64,000 bases of DNA from contig JBHGNT010000017.1 in the NCBI GenBank assembly GCA_043228905.1, positions 5,890,001 to 5,954,000 of the forward strand, given 5' to 3'. A program made the translations under genes and the position numbers. The notes beneath the pieces are model-generated. The model had not been told where the DNA came from and did not search any database. It was given only the letters and a program-made list of their open reading frames with translations. This stretch comes from Azolla caroliniana. Taxonomy: Eukaryota; Plantae; Polypodiophyta. Every line of letters starts with the position of its first letter. Within the stretch, counting starts at the first letter, position 1. This document shows positions 45,330-58,149 of this stretch, one piece after another.

Positions 45330-47967
45330 ATAACTTATATACACATATGTATATTATCACATATATACGATCAACTACGTATACACGTGACCACATATGC
45401 CTATATTAAAGAAATCGTTATATTTAATAGCCAAAAATGACATAATCGAGATACGTAATCGAGGCATATACCTCTACGCACACGAGACATCCAAAAATAA
45501 GGGTTCAACGTAATACGCAATTGAGGTATTGACCTCTTACGCATACGAGACCAAACGCATTTCATTTACAACAAAATCGAGGTGTTGACCTCATATGCAA
45601 ATGTAACATATGTTCGTGAATGTAATACGTAATTGAGGTATTAACCTCGTACGCATACGACACTTATCACATATTATTTATATGTCAAACGGGGTATTGA
45701 CCTCGTGCACATATGTAAGCGTTTTAGATAACCAATTAAATACCACTACAACATCATTTAATGAATGAAAATAATCTACATATTAACCATACACATGATT
45801 AGATGGGAGAAGAAAAAATAGACAAAAAATAACAAGAAAGATTACCGAAGTTCCTTGTTGATCCTTGTCTGCATGAAGGCCAACCACACAATGATCGATC
45901 GCCATCCATCGTGAAGATAAGACCAACAAAAGAAACATTAGTACATAAGCTCTGATACCAAATATTAGAGACATGTACTAAAGAAAGCATTAGATAAGGA
46001 TAGATCTAGGTAGATAGAAAGAAAGGAGAGAGAGAAAGAAGGGTGTCGATCCACCCGACCACCCCCGAGCGAAGGGATCGAGACGGACTTGAGCCTCGAT
46101 CGGCGTCCCATACCACCGTCGTGGCGTCGAGTCGTACCTGGTGTTGGCGCGCTCGCTACAAGAGTTGACCCACCACAAGACAGAGTCTCGACGTAGTCAA
46201 CAAGGTCATCAAATGAGGGTAGCTAGGCCTCTATTTATAGCGATACCCAAGGCCCCCAGCCATGTTCACACTTGGCCTAATGGGTTGTCTCAATCCCGAG
46301 GATTTAAAAGTAATCCTCCCCTTCTTTATACTCTCGCTCCCACTTATCCATGTGTATAGAATACTACGGTAAATTCTCACCACGGGATATTATATGGTCA
46401 TGCCCGTAACACAAGGGAATTCAGACATCCAAATTCCCAAATAATATCAAGACTATGTTGATGTTTTAGACAAAGTCAAAACTAGTGTTCTGCCAAAGCA
46501 TCGATTGTATGACTGTCCTATTGATCTCCAACCAGGAAAAGAGCAATCGTGGGGTCCGATTTACAATTTATCACCCGCTGAGCTTGAGGTTTTTCGAGAA
46601 TACAACGAGGAAAATCTTGCACATGGGTTTATTCGACATTCAATGTCTACAGCTAGTGCTCCTATCTTTTTTGTGAAGAAAAAGGACAGCTCCCTTCGTT
46701 TGGTCGTGGACTATCGAGGCTTAAATAAAGCTACCATAAGGAATAGGTATACTCTACCTATACTCTCTAGTCTCTTGGAACGCATTGAACACGTTTGCGT
46801 TCACAAGTGGAAGAATCGCGCATTCCACTTATACATTCCTTTTATAATCTTGCGATTTTAGGCGATTTTCAGAAACTTGATACACAAGTATCACATGTTT
46901 TAAATAGCATGTAAAATTTGTTAATTTTTTGAGATTTAACAAGTTTCAAAATGATAATTTTTAAAATTGAATAGTTTTTCAATAAATGCTTAAACGTTGA
47001 TGGTTTGAAAATATGAAATGTAGCTAGCTTAAAGAAAATCAAAATGGTTAACTTAACACACAAGTTAAGATTAATGGTTTCACCATCTTGAGAAGATGTA
47101 GGTTCCAGAAGTGGAAGTTACATCTATTGTTAGACTTGAAAATGTTTTAAGTATAAGAGGTAACATTGTAATCCTTAATGCCATCATCCTCTATAAATTT
47201 AGTGCTCATTAACATCCATAAATTCACAACTCAAGAAATGTATACAATATTCATAAACCATTTTGATAAATCTATAACTCCTAAACTGTAGATGATATTC
47301 GTAAACATTCAAAACTGCCAAACTTAGATGTAAACATTAATATATCAATTTGAGGTTCTGAAGGAGATGAAAAATATGGGTGCTCAATTAGGCTCAATGA
47401 AAAGACATCTTCAAGAATGGAAGTCTTCTCATGTTGAAATTGATGAGAAGTTGCATGCCTTAAAAGCTTTATTCAGAAAACCTTGCATTTTTCATTAGAT
47501 AATTAAAAGAAAATGGTTTTGAAACCATGTGTCTATTTGAAGTTGAGCATCCAACAAGCATGGAAAATGGAAATGGATATTGTAATTACTCCATGTTGCA
47601 TACATATCATATGTTATGTGCTAAGCGCCATTTTGAGAAAATCAATACATGCATGCATCTTGGTGGATTTATGTCGACAATGTAGCCAATATGACCCATG
47701 GAACCAGATCAAAAGAAGGGCTAAATCAACGCAAACACAAAGAATATCATTCACAAGGAATTCTTGATCTCATTACAATCCAAGTTCCTTTAAATAGCCA
47801 GGCTCCTTAACTAGTCAACACATATTTACAACTTTTCATCAAGGAGAATATACTAGTTTTGTCATTATAGAATTAAAACAACTATCATACCTAGGAAAAT
47901 ACTAGAAACACAAAACTACATAGTTTAGACCTGTTCCACTTGTATGCAAATGAAACAGAATGAGCAA

Positions 47968-48269
47968 TTAGTCAGCTGTCCAGCTCTGTTCTACCATATC
48001 GCGCACACGTCGATTATATTCTCGACGATTTTCACTGTACATTCGAGCAGCTTCAGAGTTTGCTGGTGAATTTGGATTCGGATCACATAACAATGACTAC
48101 ACAATATCACCATCACAGCAATGATTACACCACAATGTGATCATAAGAAAATCATATCGAAAAAGTTTACATGGAAATACCTAAATTGATGTAAGAATTG
48201 CGGCCACATCATAGATAGGACTCCATTGATTTTGGAGTATGTCCAAACAAATGCTACCATCAGCATAGA
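47968..48269 (-). pseudogene. UBC2: Captured last two exons (48181-48269 and 47968-48096) of a RAD6/UBC1-2 E2 ubiquitin-conjugating enzyme gene
   Basis: [28 protein letters not shown]|[42 protein letters not shown]; intron retained; TAG in place of the conserved Gln codon. Confidence 0.95.
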
Positions 48270-49508
48270 CTACATCATGTGTAAAAAATGACCTTGGGGT
48301 TAACGTGTAGTTAGCATGATAGCACTACAAAACAATATAACACTGTAGATGAAAGAATATCAATACCTAAAACTATACGGGAATCTATGGATCAGAGAAT
48401 GAAAAGGTGGAGACTGAAATTGTATAAACACAATAAGCTTGCCCATGCTTTTAAAATTCTCAATCACTCAGAGAAAAGAAGATTGGACAAAATGCTGCTA
48501 GCAGATCAAACAATCCATTATGCATTGCAACTTGTAGAAACAGTGAATCAGCACTGCACAAATGTGTCTAGTTTGACAGACGAATTTTCATGAAACTCAT
48601 TAATCAAGGAATATTGCACATATGATCACAAACTGACAAAAAACATTTAACATCACTGTGTTGATTAAGACATGGAAATTTTTATACTAACAACTTAAAG
48701 CCTCTGAACAATGTATGCAAGAAAGAACATCTTCAATGACATCAAAAAGAAGGTGACACTGAAATCTAGATGAAATTCCAAACCCTCATGTTTGCAAATA
48801 TATTTTCATCAGTTTCATCATTTTATTGCTAACAGCTCTTAAGACAATAATAGTCTTGTAGTCTAGGGAGACAAGTACATATAAGAGCAAAAATAGAAGT
48901 TCAGTAAAAACGTTTCACCCAATGATTAAGAAGAAAATAAAACATATAACTGATCTACAAACTAGGGCCAAAAAAGCCCTCACACAAGGCTGCCATTGGT
49001 AACAAATGGCAGATATAATCATCAATGATCAACCCCAAGTTGTCAATTTATTCACGTATGTACTCTTAGATGCACATTTTGTGGTAGCACCCCCAAATGA
49101 GTAGCTATTGTGCAACCCGACCATATGGGTCGATAAGGTGTCAATCTAGGAAACCATAGATGAGTAAGACACAATGTATTTAGGAAAGAGCAAAGTAGGC
49201 TGATAGGATTGACTAATCAAGTCAACTAGAAGAATATTTTCTGGGCAAGTTAAGATGTACTTAATCTTGAAGTATGTGCCATTGACTTTAAAATAAGTAC
49301 TATCTAGCACTAGCTTGTATCTAGGGAGCTGGGTCATATTAAATGACAAGTCAGCTGACAAAAAAGGAATATCTCCACTACTATCAACTGACTTGCACAT
49401 TTAATGTTACACTTAGAACAAATAGAGAATATAATCCACTCTCTTACATAGTGTCTGTGAATGCTCTCCTCTTCTTCATTTTGAGAGCTTCCCTACAAAA
49501 TTTGTGAA

Positions 49509-51019
49509 GTAAATGACATTTGCAAGGTTCAATTACCATCAACACAATTATTAATGGATTTTTGTTAATCAAGGATGCACATGTTCACCGTAAGGTATCT
49601 TGTTGTGCAACATAATTCTTTACAACATCGATATGCATCTTTTACTCTTGTTAAAACAGATATTTTAGTACAATTCGAGTTCATGTAAAAACCCTAAACC
49701 TCTTTTATTTGAAAAAAAAAAAAGATTTCTAAACATGAACTCCATGCATTGTATTAAGTTGATGTAAAAAACAGAGTTTTCATCACAACTCCATCACAAA
49801 TTTTTTTCCCGAATTAAAAAATAAAAAAATCGAACTTGATGAAAAAACCAGATTTTTCACCACAATTCAGTACAATGTACCTAGTTTATGTTTAAAGTAA
49901 TTTTTTTCAATTTTGTTTTATTATTATTATTATTATTTATTTATTGGAAAAAAAAAAAACTTTAAACATGAATTCAATACATTGTATCGACTTGTGATGA
50001 AAACTCTGGTTTTTTCATCATTTCAACTTTTAAAAAAAATAAATAACCAAAAGGACCCAAAATAAATAGAAAAAAAACCAAAATTGTTTATTTTAAAACC
50101 CCCCAAAAAAACCTTTAAACATGAACTCAATACATTGTATCGAATTCATGTGAAAAAGTCAGCTTTTTGACATGAACTCAATACAATGTATCGAGTTGGT
50201 CTTGAAAAATTTGTTTTTCAACACGAACTCGATACATTGTATCCAGTTCGTGTCAAAATGTTGACTTTTCAACCTGATTTTGATATGGCGTATCGAGTTC
50301 GTGTTTAAATGTTTTAAACACAAACTTGATACATTGTATTGAGTTCATGTCAAAAAACTAAGTTTTTCAACACAAACTCGATACGGCGTATCGAGTTCAT
50401 GTTTAAAGTTTTTTTTTTTCTATCTATTTTGAGTCTTCTTCTTTTTTTTTAAATTGTTTTTGACGTGATGTAAAAAAATTAGAGTTTTCATCACAAGTTG
50501 ATACAATGTATCAAATTCATGTTTAAAGTTTTTTTCCCAAAAAACAAATTAAAAATAAATAAAAAATATATCAAAAAAATTTGAACAAATTTTGAAAAAA
50601 TTACTTTAAACATGAACTCTATATATTGTATTGAATTGTGGTGAAAAAACTGGTTTTTTCATCTAGTCAAGCTCAATTGTTTTATTTTTTAAATCCGAGA
50701 AAAAAACTTTGAACATGAATTTGATACATTGTATGTAATTGTGATTAAAACTTTGTTTTTTACATTAACTCGATATAATGCATGGAGTTCATGTTTAGAA
50801 ATCATCTTTTTATTCAAATAAAAGAGGTTTAGGGTTTATATGAACTCGAATTGTACTAAAATCTCTATTTTTACAAGAGAAAAAGATGCATATCGATACT
50901 ACAAAGAAGTATGTTGCACAACAAGACACCTTATGGTGGGTGAACATGTGCTTCATTGATTAACAAAAAACCATTAAGAATTGTGTTGATGGCAATTGAG
51001 CCTTGCAAATGCCATTTAC
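49509..51019. mobile_element. ~1.5-kb foldback element (one long imperfect palindrome)
   Basis: GTAAATGACATTTGCAAGGTTCAATT... mirrored at 51019; internal CATGAACTCGATACA-type repeats; no clear TSD. Confidence 0.85.
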
Positions 51020-51898
51020 GTGGTGTATAAAAAATTATCGTGGTTCTTAATCATCACGTCAAGCACTTAATGTTGATCTTTATAGTTTGGTTCATCTACA
51101 ACAGAGAAACATTTATGTGGAACTAAGGATGACAACATGAGCATAACTCAGGTGACAAGGAAACTTGCAAGAACTCAAGGTGGGGATATTAATAGCTACA
51201 CATGTAGATGGCCATCAGCTAGGGCACCAATTCTGCATTGGTAAAGTTTTGGACGTGGTGATGGATTAAACTTTTGTAATACATCTATCATTGACATTAG
51301 TGAGGTGGATGTCATTGTGTATGACTTTACACTAACAAAAGTTGGATGTTTAAGGACGAGAATGATATACATAATAAAAAAGATATTACCAAGACTAGAG
51401 GATATCTCAAATTGAAGGTGAACAAGATTTAGTGCACACAATTTGGAGACACCATTTGGTGAAGACAATGATTTGATTGGTACATTTGAAATGAGGAGGA
51501 AGAGTCACAATTGTATATTAGCTATAGTAGTGATTCTTAGGAAAGGACGATGATAGTGATGCAAATAACTCTTAAATGTATTTTTTGTGCAACGATGTTG
51601 AGAATCAAGCTCAACTTGGTCTAATGTGTGAACTCACCTTGAGAGTGAATAGACACTCCAACAGTCAAGAGTCACCAATATGTCACCTCTTTGTATTCTA
51701 GCATTTAGTATGAGTCATAGAATCATATTCTATGACACATAACTTATGAGCTTTCACATTCCCCATGCTCCATGAGTCTTGTAGTTAATGAAGAGAGAGG
51801 GTGACTATATAAAGCACCCTCCTCCTACCTTGTATGAAGTTGAGTCTTTCTCCTTTGTTAATATAATCTACCTTGAGTATACTCTATGCCTTACTCCT

Positions 51899-51951
<53 letters not shown>

Positions 51952-54080
51952 CACACACATAGTTCACACCTATTCCGCTACACAAGAATCATACCCAATT
52001 CTTTACAAACGATATGTAAGAAATTTAGACAATATTTTATCAAATGAAATAAAAAAGTTGATTGTTTTGAAATCTTTCACTTATGATTTTGTTATGATCT
52101 AAAATACTACTAGTTGTAATTTCTTCTTAAAAATACACAAAGTTACTTTTCGTATTTGGCCAAATTTTGGCATTTTTCAATTTTACCAAATGGTGAAATT
52201 TTTAGTTTTTTCATCCAGTTTTTGAGAACATGTGATACTGGTATCAAGGTGTTTTGTGAAATGGCAAAAAAAGCCCCAAAATCAAACGTAATATTCCTTA
52301 TCCTTCAATTTGTGCGCCATCCTTCCACTTGTGAATGCAAACGTGTTATTGGTGGGGCATAGCATTTTACCAAAATTGATCTAAGGGGTGCATATAATCT
52401 TGTTCGAATTCAACCAAGAGTGAGTGGAAAACTGCACTTCGTACTCGGTATGGTCATTTCGAGTATACAATCATGCCTTTCGGGCTCACAAATTCACCCC
52501 CAGTATTTCAACATATGGAAAATGACATTTTCCGGGATTTCTTGGATATCTTTCTCATCATCTACCTAGATGATATATTGATTTACTCTAAAACACAAGA
52601 GGAGCATGATATACATGTGGTGAAAGTACTTGAACGCCTAAGAAAGTATGGTCTTTATGCCAAACTTGAGAAATGCAGTTTTGATTGCAAACAAGTCGAA
52701 TTTTTGGGATACACTATTTCATCCAAGGGTATTTTCATGGATCCAGCAAAAGTCCAAACAATATTGGAATGGAAACCCCCATGCTCAATTTGGAACGTCT
52801 AGTGTTTCCTCGGATATGCGAACTTCTATCGCAAATTCATACGTAATTATTCAAGCATTGTGTTGCCCCTCACCCAACTCACCAAGAAAAATCAAGCATT
52901 TTTTTGGAGTATCAAAGTAGACAAGGCTTTTACTCAACTGAAAGAGGCATTCACATCAGCACCTATCCCAGCACATATTGATCCTGAAAAGCCATTTACT
53001 ATTGAGGCGGATGCGTGAGACTTCGCATTGGGGAGTATCCTATCACAACCAAGCGAGAACGGGGCAAACTCATCCAGTTGTGTTTCACTCGAGAAAATTT
53101 ACTATTTCGGAGATAAACTATGAGGTGCATGACAAGGAGTTACTAGTTGTGGCCAACTCATTTGAGCAATGGCGTCATTTTCTAGAAGGATCGCCTCATC
53201 AGATTATCATTTATAGTGATCACAAAAATCTCACATATTTTCAAACAACTCAAGTATTAAATAGACAACAAGCTCGGTGAGCCCAATTTCTAATGTGTTT
53301 CGATTTCAAGATCATTTTTCGCCCCAAAAAACAAGGGAAGGCGGATTCTTTGTCTCGACGTTCGTATCTAGCTTTTTGACCTGGAGATCCAACCTTTGAC
53401 AATCAAAAGCAGATTCTCCTCGGGCCATCAAAGTTACAAGCAACAACAATTTATGCCACACCACTTCATTCTAGCCTTCTTGACACTATTCAGCAACAAC
53501 TTCACTCTGATGATTTCGCTAAGGATGTCTTAGCCCACATTGGTTCAAACCGTCCATCTTGCTCCACATTGCAAGGGTCATCTCAACATTATCAAGACTT
53601 CAAGTGGCAAGATGGTTTACTCTTCTACAAGAATCTCCTTTACGTCCTTGATTGATTACCCCGACTTCAAGTGTTAGAACTTTGTCATGATGCCCCCATG
53701 GCTGGACATTTTGGTATTGCCAAGACCGTTGAGTTGGTGAAAGGTTCATTTTGGTGGCCTCACGTGCATAAATTTGTCGAAGATTACATTCGCACATGTG
53801 ACACCTATTGTCGCACCAAAATACCCAGGCATCATCCTTATGGCTTACTACGACCATTACCACCTCCCAGCAAGCCATGGCAGTCTATTTCTATGGATTT
53901 CATTACGGATCTGCCACCTTCCAAAGGCTTTGATAGTATTTTAACAGTAGTGGATCGGTTCACAAAGATGGCACATTTTGTACCGTGTGTAAAGACCATT
54001 AGTGGTGAAGAAACTGCAGATCTCATTATGTGTGAGGTGTTTCGCCATCATGGTCTCCCAAATGATATTATTAGCGATCG

Positions 54081-54615
54081 AGTTAGAATGATAAGCTACA
54101 AAATGTTAACCATAATCGTTCTAATATTCACCAACACATGTGATGAACGTGGACACACCCCTATGCCACTCCGCCTCTACATCTCTCAAGAAGAAAACTA
54201 GAGAGCAATCAAACGCCCTTGAATACCAAGCGTCAAAGTCTCTAATTGTCATGTAGTAGACATTATAAAGATAAGGGAATGTAAGTTACCCTGACGAGAA
54301 GCTATGGTAGGGAGACCATGAGCCAAACCCACATTGAAACCCTTCAACCCCCACTCATTTCCAAGAGACTTGGATAGAAATGAAACTAGTCTCAGCACGT
54401 AACCATTCCTTTATAGAACGTACTACACCCCATCACACTTTTGTACCACACTATAATTCTTTTACTTGTGTTCCCTTTTCATGTTTAAATCCCATTATTG
54501 GACCTTTAAGCCGCTTTTATGGTTTAACTTTATTTTATTTTTGATGATTGGGTACACATCCGATTCTTGTATCATTTGTCTCATGGGCCAACTTTGGTCT
54601 TAAAAGACGTTAATA

Positions 54616-54682
<67 letters not shown>
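54081..54682 (+). mobile_element. Old 5'-truncated LINE 3' end with a (TC)n tail
   Basis: Homologous to 57140-57684, including the 3' UTR motif GTCTCATGGGCCAA..TTGG..AAGACGTTAATA. Confidence 0.85.
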
Positions 54683-54685
<3 letters not shown>

Positions 54686-57684
54686 ATATATGCTCGACAT
54701 GTTCAAGCCCATCTCTCCTCCCTTGATCCCTCCCTACCTTTAGAGAGCCTTAATACGAAACTCACACACATCCTTCATTCTGCAGCGGTTAGCAGCTTCC
54801 CATACACGAAACACTCCAATCAAGGTAAAGTAGGATCTATGCCACAAAATAGATGGTATGATGAGGATTGTAGGTGCTTACATCGACAACTTACAATATC
54901 GCAACTCAGTGGTAGTATTACCTCAGTACAAGCTCGTAAAGAAATGCGCAAGATGACACGTCGTAAGAGACGAGCATGGGAGGCATCCCAATATTGGGAA
55001 CTCTACCACATGCTCATGAGTAACGATTGTGCCACTGCATGGAAGAGATTACGGGAACCAAGACCACAAACACCCATCGAAGATCCCGAAACTTGGCACA
55101 CTTATACAGAGAGACTTTACCACATCCCAAACCAACCACCCATTCCAATGCCTTCCACACCCCGACCTACTGTGGGGACACTCTTCACGACCTCTAGGGT
55201 CACGAAGGTCATAAAGAAATTACAACATAGGAAGTCCATGGACCACACAGGATTGCGAGCAGAACACATCATATACACGAGAGAGTGCCTAGCTCCCTTA
55301 CTAACTCTAATCTTCAATCGTGCCCTTGCAGAGGGTTTTCCATCACAATGGACCATGAACACAGTGGCCCCCATACATAAGGGGGGGGACCCCATGGACC
55401 CAAATACTTATAGGACCATTATGATAGGTCATACCCTTGCTAAATTATATGGTGCAGTAATGGAGGCAGAGCTTAGCGAGTATATGGAGACCTTAAATCT
55501 TCGTGCACCTGAACAGGCCGGCTTTAGACGAGCCTTCTCCACTATTGACCATATCTTCACACTTAGATGCTTAATTGACCAGACTAAGGCTCGCAAGAAG
55601 AAACTATATTGTTGTTTTGTGGACTTCCGCAAAGCCTTTGACAGGTCCCTAGAGAGTGGTTGTTTGATAGGCTTAAGAGCTTGAGGATACCAGATGACAT
55701 GGTTTGGGCCATCTACGCACTATATGAACAAGTGTCCGGGTGTGTTCGATGCCCAGGCGGCATATCCGATAGTTTCACTAGCACTATTGGTGTAAAACAA
55801 GGTTGCCCCTTATCTCCGACTCTTTTTGGGATCTACATTGATGAGATCACAGATTTTATTGCTCATAAGGGAGGCAATTGAGTAGTCCTTGGAGATACAC
55901 AGGTGCGTACCTTGCTCTATGCAGATGACATAGTTTTGCTCTCTGAATCCGAACACGACCTACAAAGGCACCTTAATGCCTTAGATGACTTTTGCACACA
56001 ACGAGGATTGGTAGTGAATCTAGGGAAAACTAAAGTCCTTATCTTCCACACGTCGGCCCAAGTTAGAGCTAAGTGTCACCTAACTATCTCCCATAGCCCA
56101 GTTGAGGTGGTTGGATCATATGTCTATCTCGGAGTCACTTTCAGTGCCCGCTCAGGTAAATTTTCGATGACACAAGCAGCGAAGGATAGACTTACAAGAG
56201 GACATGCATCCCTCTCACTCCTCGAGAGACAATGCCACCAAGCATACTTCCAAGAGCCACGAACTAAAGGGTGGCTCTTTGACTCATTAGTGACTCCCTC
56301 TCTCATGTATGCATCAGCGGTTTGGGCCCCAGGACTACCATCTTTCATGTGGACGCAATTAGAGAGACCATTGGTGAGGATGTTATCACGCCAACTCCGA
56401 AGCAAATCGTCGGTCCCACAGGACATTATTAGGGCTGAGTTCACTCTACCCCCTATGTTAGTAGAAGCACTTTTTCAACTGGTAGTCTTTATACACAGGA
56501 TACATAACCAACCACTTGATAGAATATCCCACCAAGCCTTTAAGGCTTCTCGAGCATTGTATGAGTCCGGCTATACTAGCTCATGGTATGGCATGATGGT
56601 GAGTTGGCTTCTTGCCAACGGTCTAGACATTACTAACCTCCCCCCCCTTAAGTACGACCACACGAATGATAACACTTTACTCTCTCATGAGGACCGTAAT
56701 AAAGTAATACGCCAAGAAATATGGCAAATTTATACCCGGTATAAATGGATCACCCCACTAGAGCCACTCCCATCTAAAATGTCGTACTATAAGGAACACT
56801 TTATGCACTTCTCTGAGTTAGGTTTTATCACGCGCCCAAAATATCTAGATGTATTCTTACCACATGCATTAAGGGTTGCCATTGGTCAACTTAGAATATC
56901 ATCTCACCAACTTGAGATTGAGAATGGATGTACTAATGGAGTCCCTAGGGAGGAAAGGATATGTAGGTTATGCCACATAGAGATAGAGGATGAGTACCAT
57001 TTTACATGCAAATGCCCCACCTATGCTGAGATAAGGGAAAAATACCAAGACATACTTGGTTCCTCTCCCACCCTCCCTAAACTATTAGATACACTAGATA
57101 TAAAGAAATTAGGTAGATACATCTTAGAATTGAAACACCACAGAGAGAACAAATTACAAAACGTTGATAATAATGTTGCTAATGTTTACCAACATATAAC
57201 AAATGAAGTTTTTCAGGAACAGGGGGAGACAATGAATGTCGACACACCTGCACCACTCGGACTTCTCCTTGATGAAGCAGAAAATCAAAGAAGAACCAAA
57301 CGCCCTCGGATGCCGGGTTTCAAAGCAACTCGACGAGATGTAGAAGCAATAAAGAAAATAAGGGAACGTGAACTACACCGCCTAGAAGCCATGGCTAGGG
57401 CACTCTATGCATCGGGACCATGGGTCACACCCACACCAAAAACTTTTGACCTCCCACTTCTTTTTGAGAGACTTGGGTGGAAATGAGATTAGGCTTGGTG
57501 CAAAGTTTTGTACACTACTAGAACTTTCTTAGCTTAAGCTATTTTCTTTTATTTTTAGTTTTGATGATTGGATAAACACTCATTTTTTGTTGTAACCTAT
57601 TTGTCTCATGGGCCAAATTTGGCCTTAGAAGACGTTAATATATCTTTCTTTCTTTTCTTTCTTTCTCTCTCTCTCTCTCTCTCT
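54683..57684 (+). mobile_element. 5'-truncated LINE (RTEX-like) with a broken RT ORF (54839-57486) and a (TC)n tail
   Basis: QAGFRR, CFVDFRKAFD, GVKQGCPLSP, LYADD; C-terminal ERICRLC..EDEYHFTCKC zinc finger; clade assignment is inference. Confidence 0.9.
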
Positions 57685-58149
57685 ATTATTCCAAGCCATT
57701 TTGGTCTCTTTAAAGAGGTATTAATATGTCTTTCTTTCTTTCTATGTGATAGACAAATAGGGTCTACATATGTATGTATGTATGTACGTGAATGATATGG
57801 TCTCTGCCCATCCTGACCCTTCTTCTTTTCCTTTAGGTTTTGTCCGCCTAGGAGTCCTTTGAGAATCAATTGGGTACACAGCCCCATAAGACAAAATTAA
57901 CATGTACTTTCGAAAATAACATTATACCCCATAAGACATGATGTGCCATAAGCATATTATTAAAGTTTGCCTCTACAAGGTCTTGATGGATATCGTCACA
58001 CACTAACATTCAAGTGGCCAATCACCACATAGATAGATATACATATAATGGGAAGGCTGCACCGCATATAGTATATACAAACAGTACTTGGAATCCGTTG
58101 GCTAATATACAAGGTACTGAATGACTATATATACATAACAGAGGCAACC

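Larger units (their letters stand above)
11155..46411 (-). mobile_element. Met-tRNA-primed Ty3/Gypsy chromovirus. LTRs 45963-46411 (5') and 11155-11610 (3'), TSD CAAGG. Degenerate gag-pol at 37983-37736, 31800-27930 and 11865-11620, interrupted by three insertions
   Basis: LTRs roughly 97% alike by eye; PBS TGGTATCAGAGC at 45949-45960; PPT at 11611-11624; CX2CX4HX4C knuckle, protease FDSGSSHNF, RT FLDD, integrase, and chromodomain (ERILDVKTKKLRTKEIREFQIKW). Confidence 0.95.
46788..52347. mobile_element. Non-autonomous TIR DNA transposon, 5.56 kb, with 35-bp TIRs, 4-bp TSD ATTG and captured gene fragments
   Basis: AACACGTTTGCGTTCACAAGTGGAAGAATCGCGCA versus the reverse complement of the right end (3 mismatches); removing it restores RT codons LERI|GGA. 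Confidence 0.92.
8892..54080 (+). mobile_element. Old Tcn1-like Ty3/Gypsy element in three pieces: 8892-11154 (5' LTR to ~9302, gag 9367-10530, protease), 46412-46787 (RT start) and 52348-54080 (RT/RNase H/integrase); 3'-truncated
   Basis: Colinear homology to the intact element at 31801-37735 across both insertions (TSDs CAAGG and ATTG); many premature stops. Confidence 0.9.

Noticed and set aside
45440-45720. CRISPR-like repeat/spacer appearance
   Set aside because: Eukaryotic retrotransposon leader; repeats are degenerate, spacers partly homologous, and there are no cas genes
47968-48269. Functional host UBC2 gene
   Set aside because: Upstream exons not found, premature TAG, and enclosed by TIRs inside a retrotransposon
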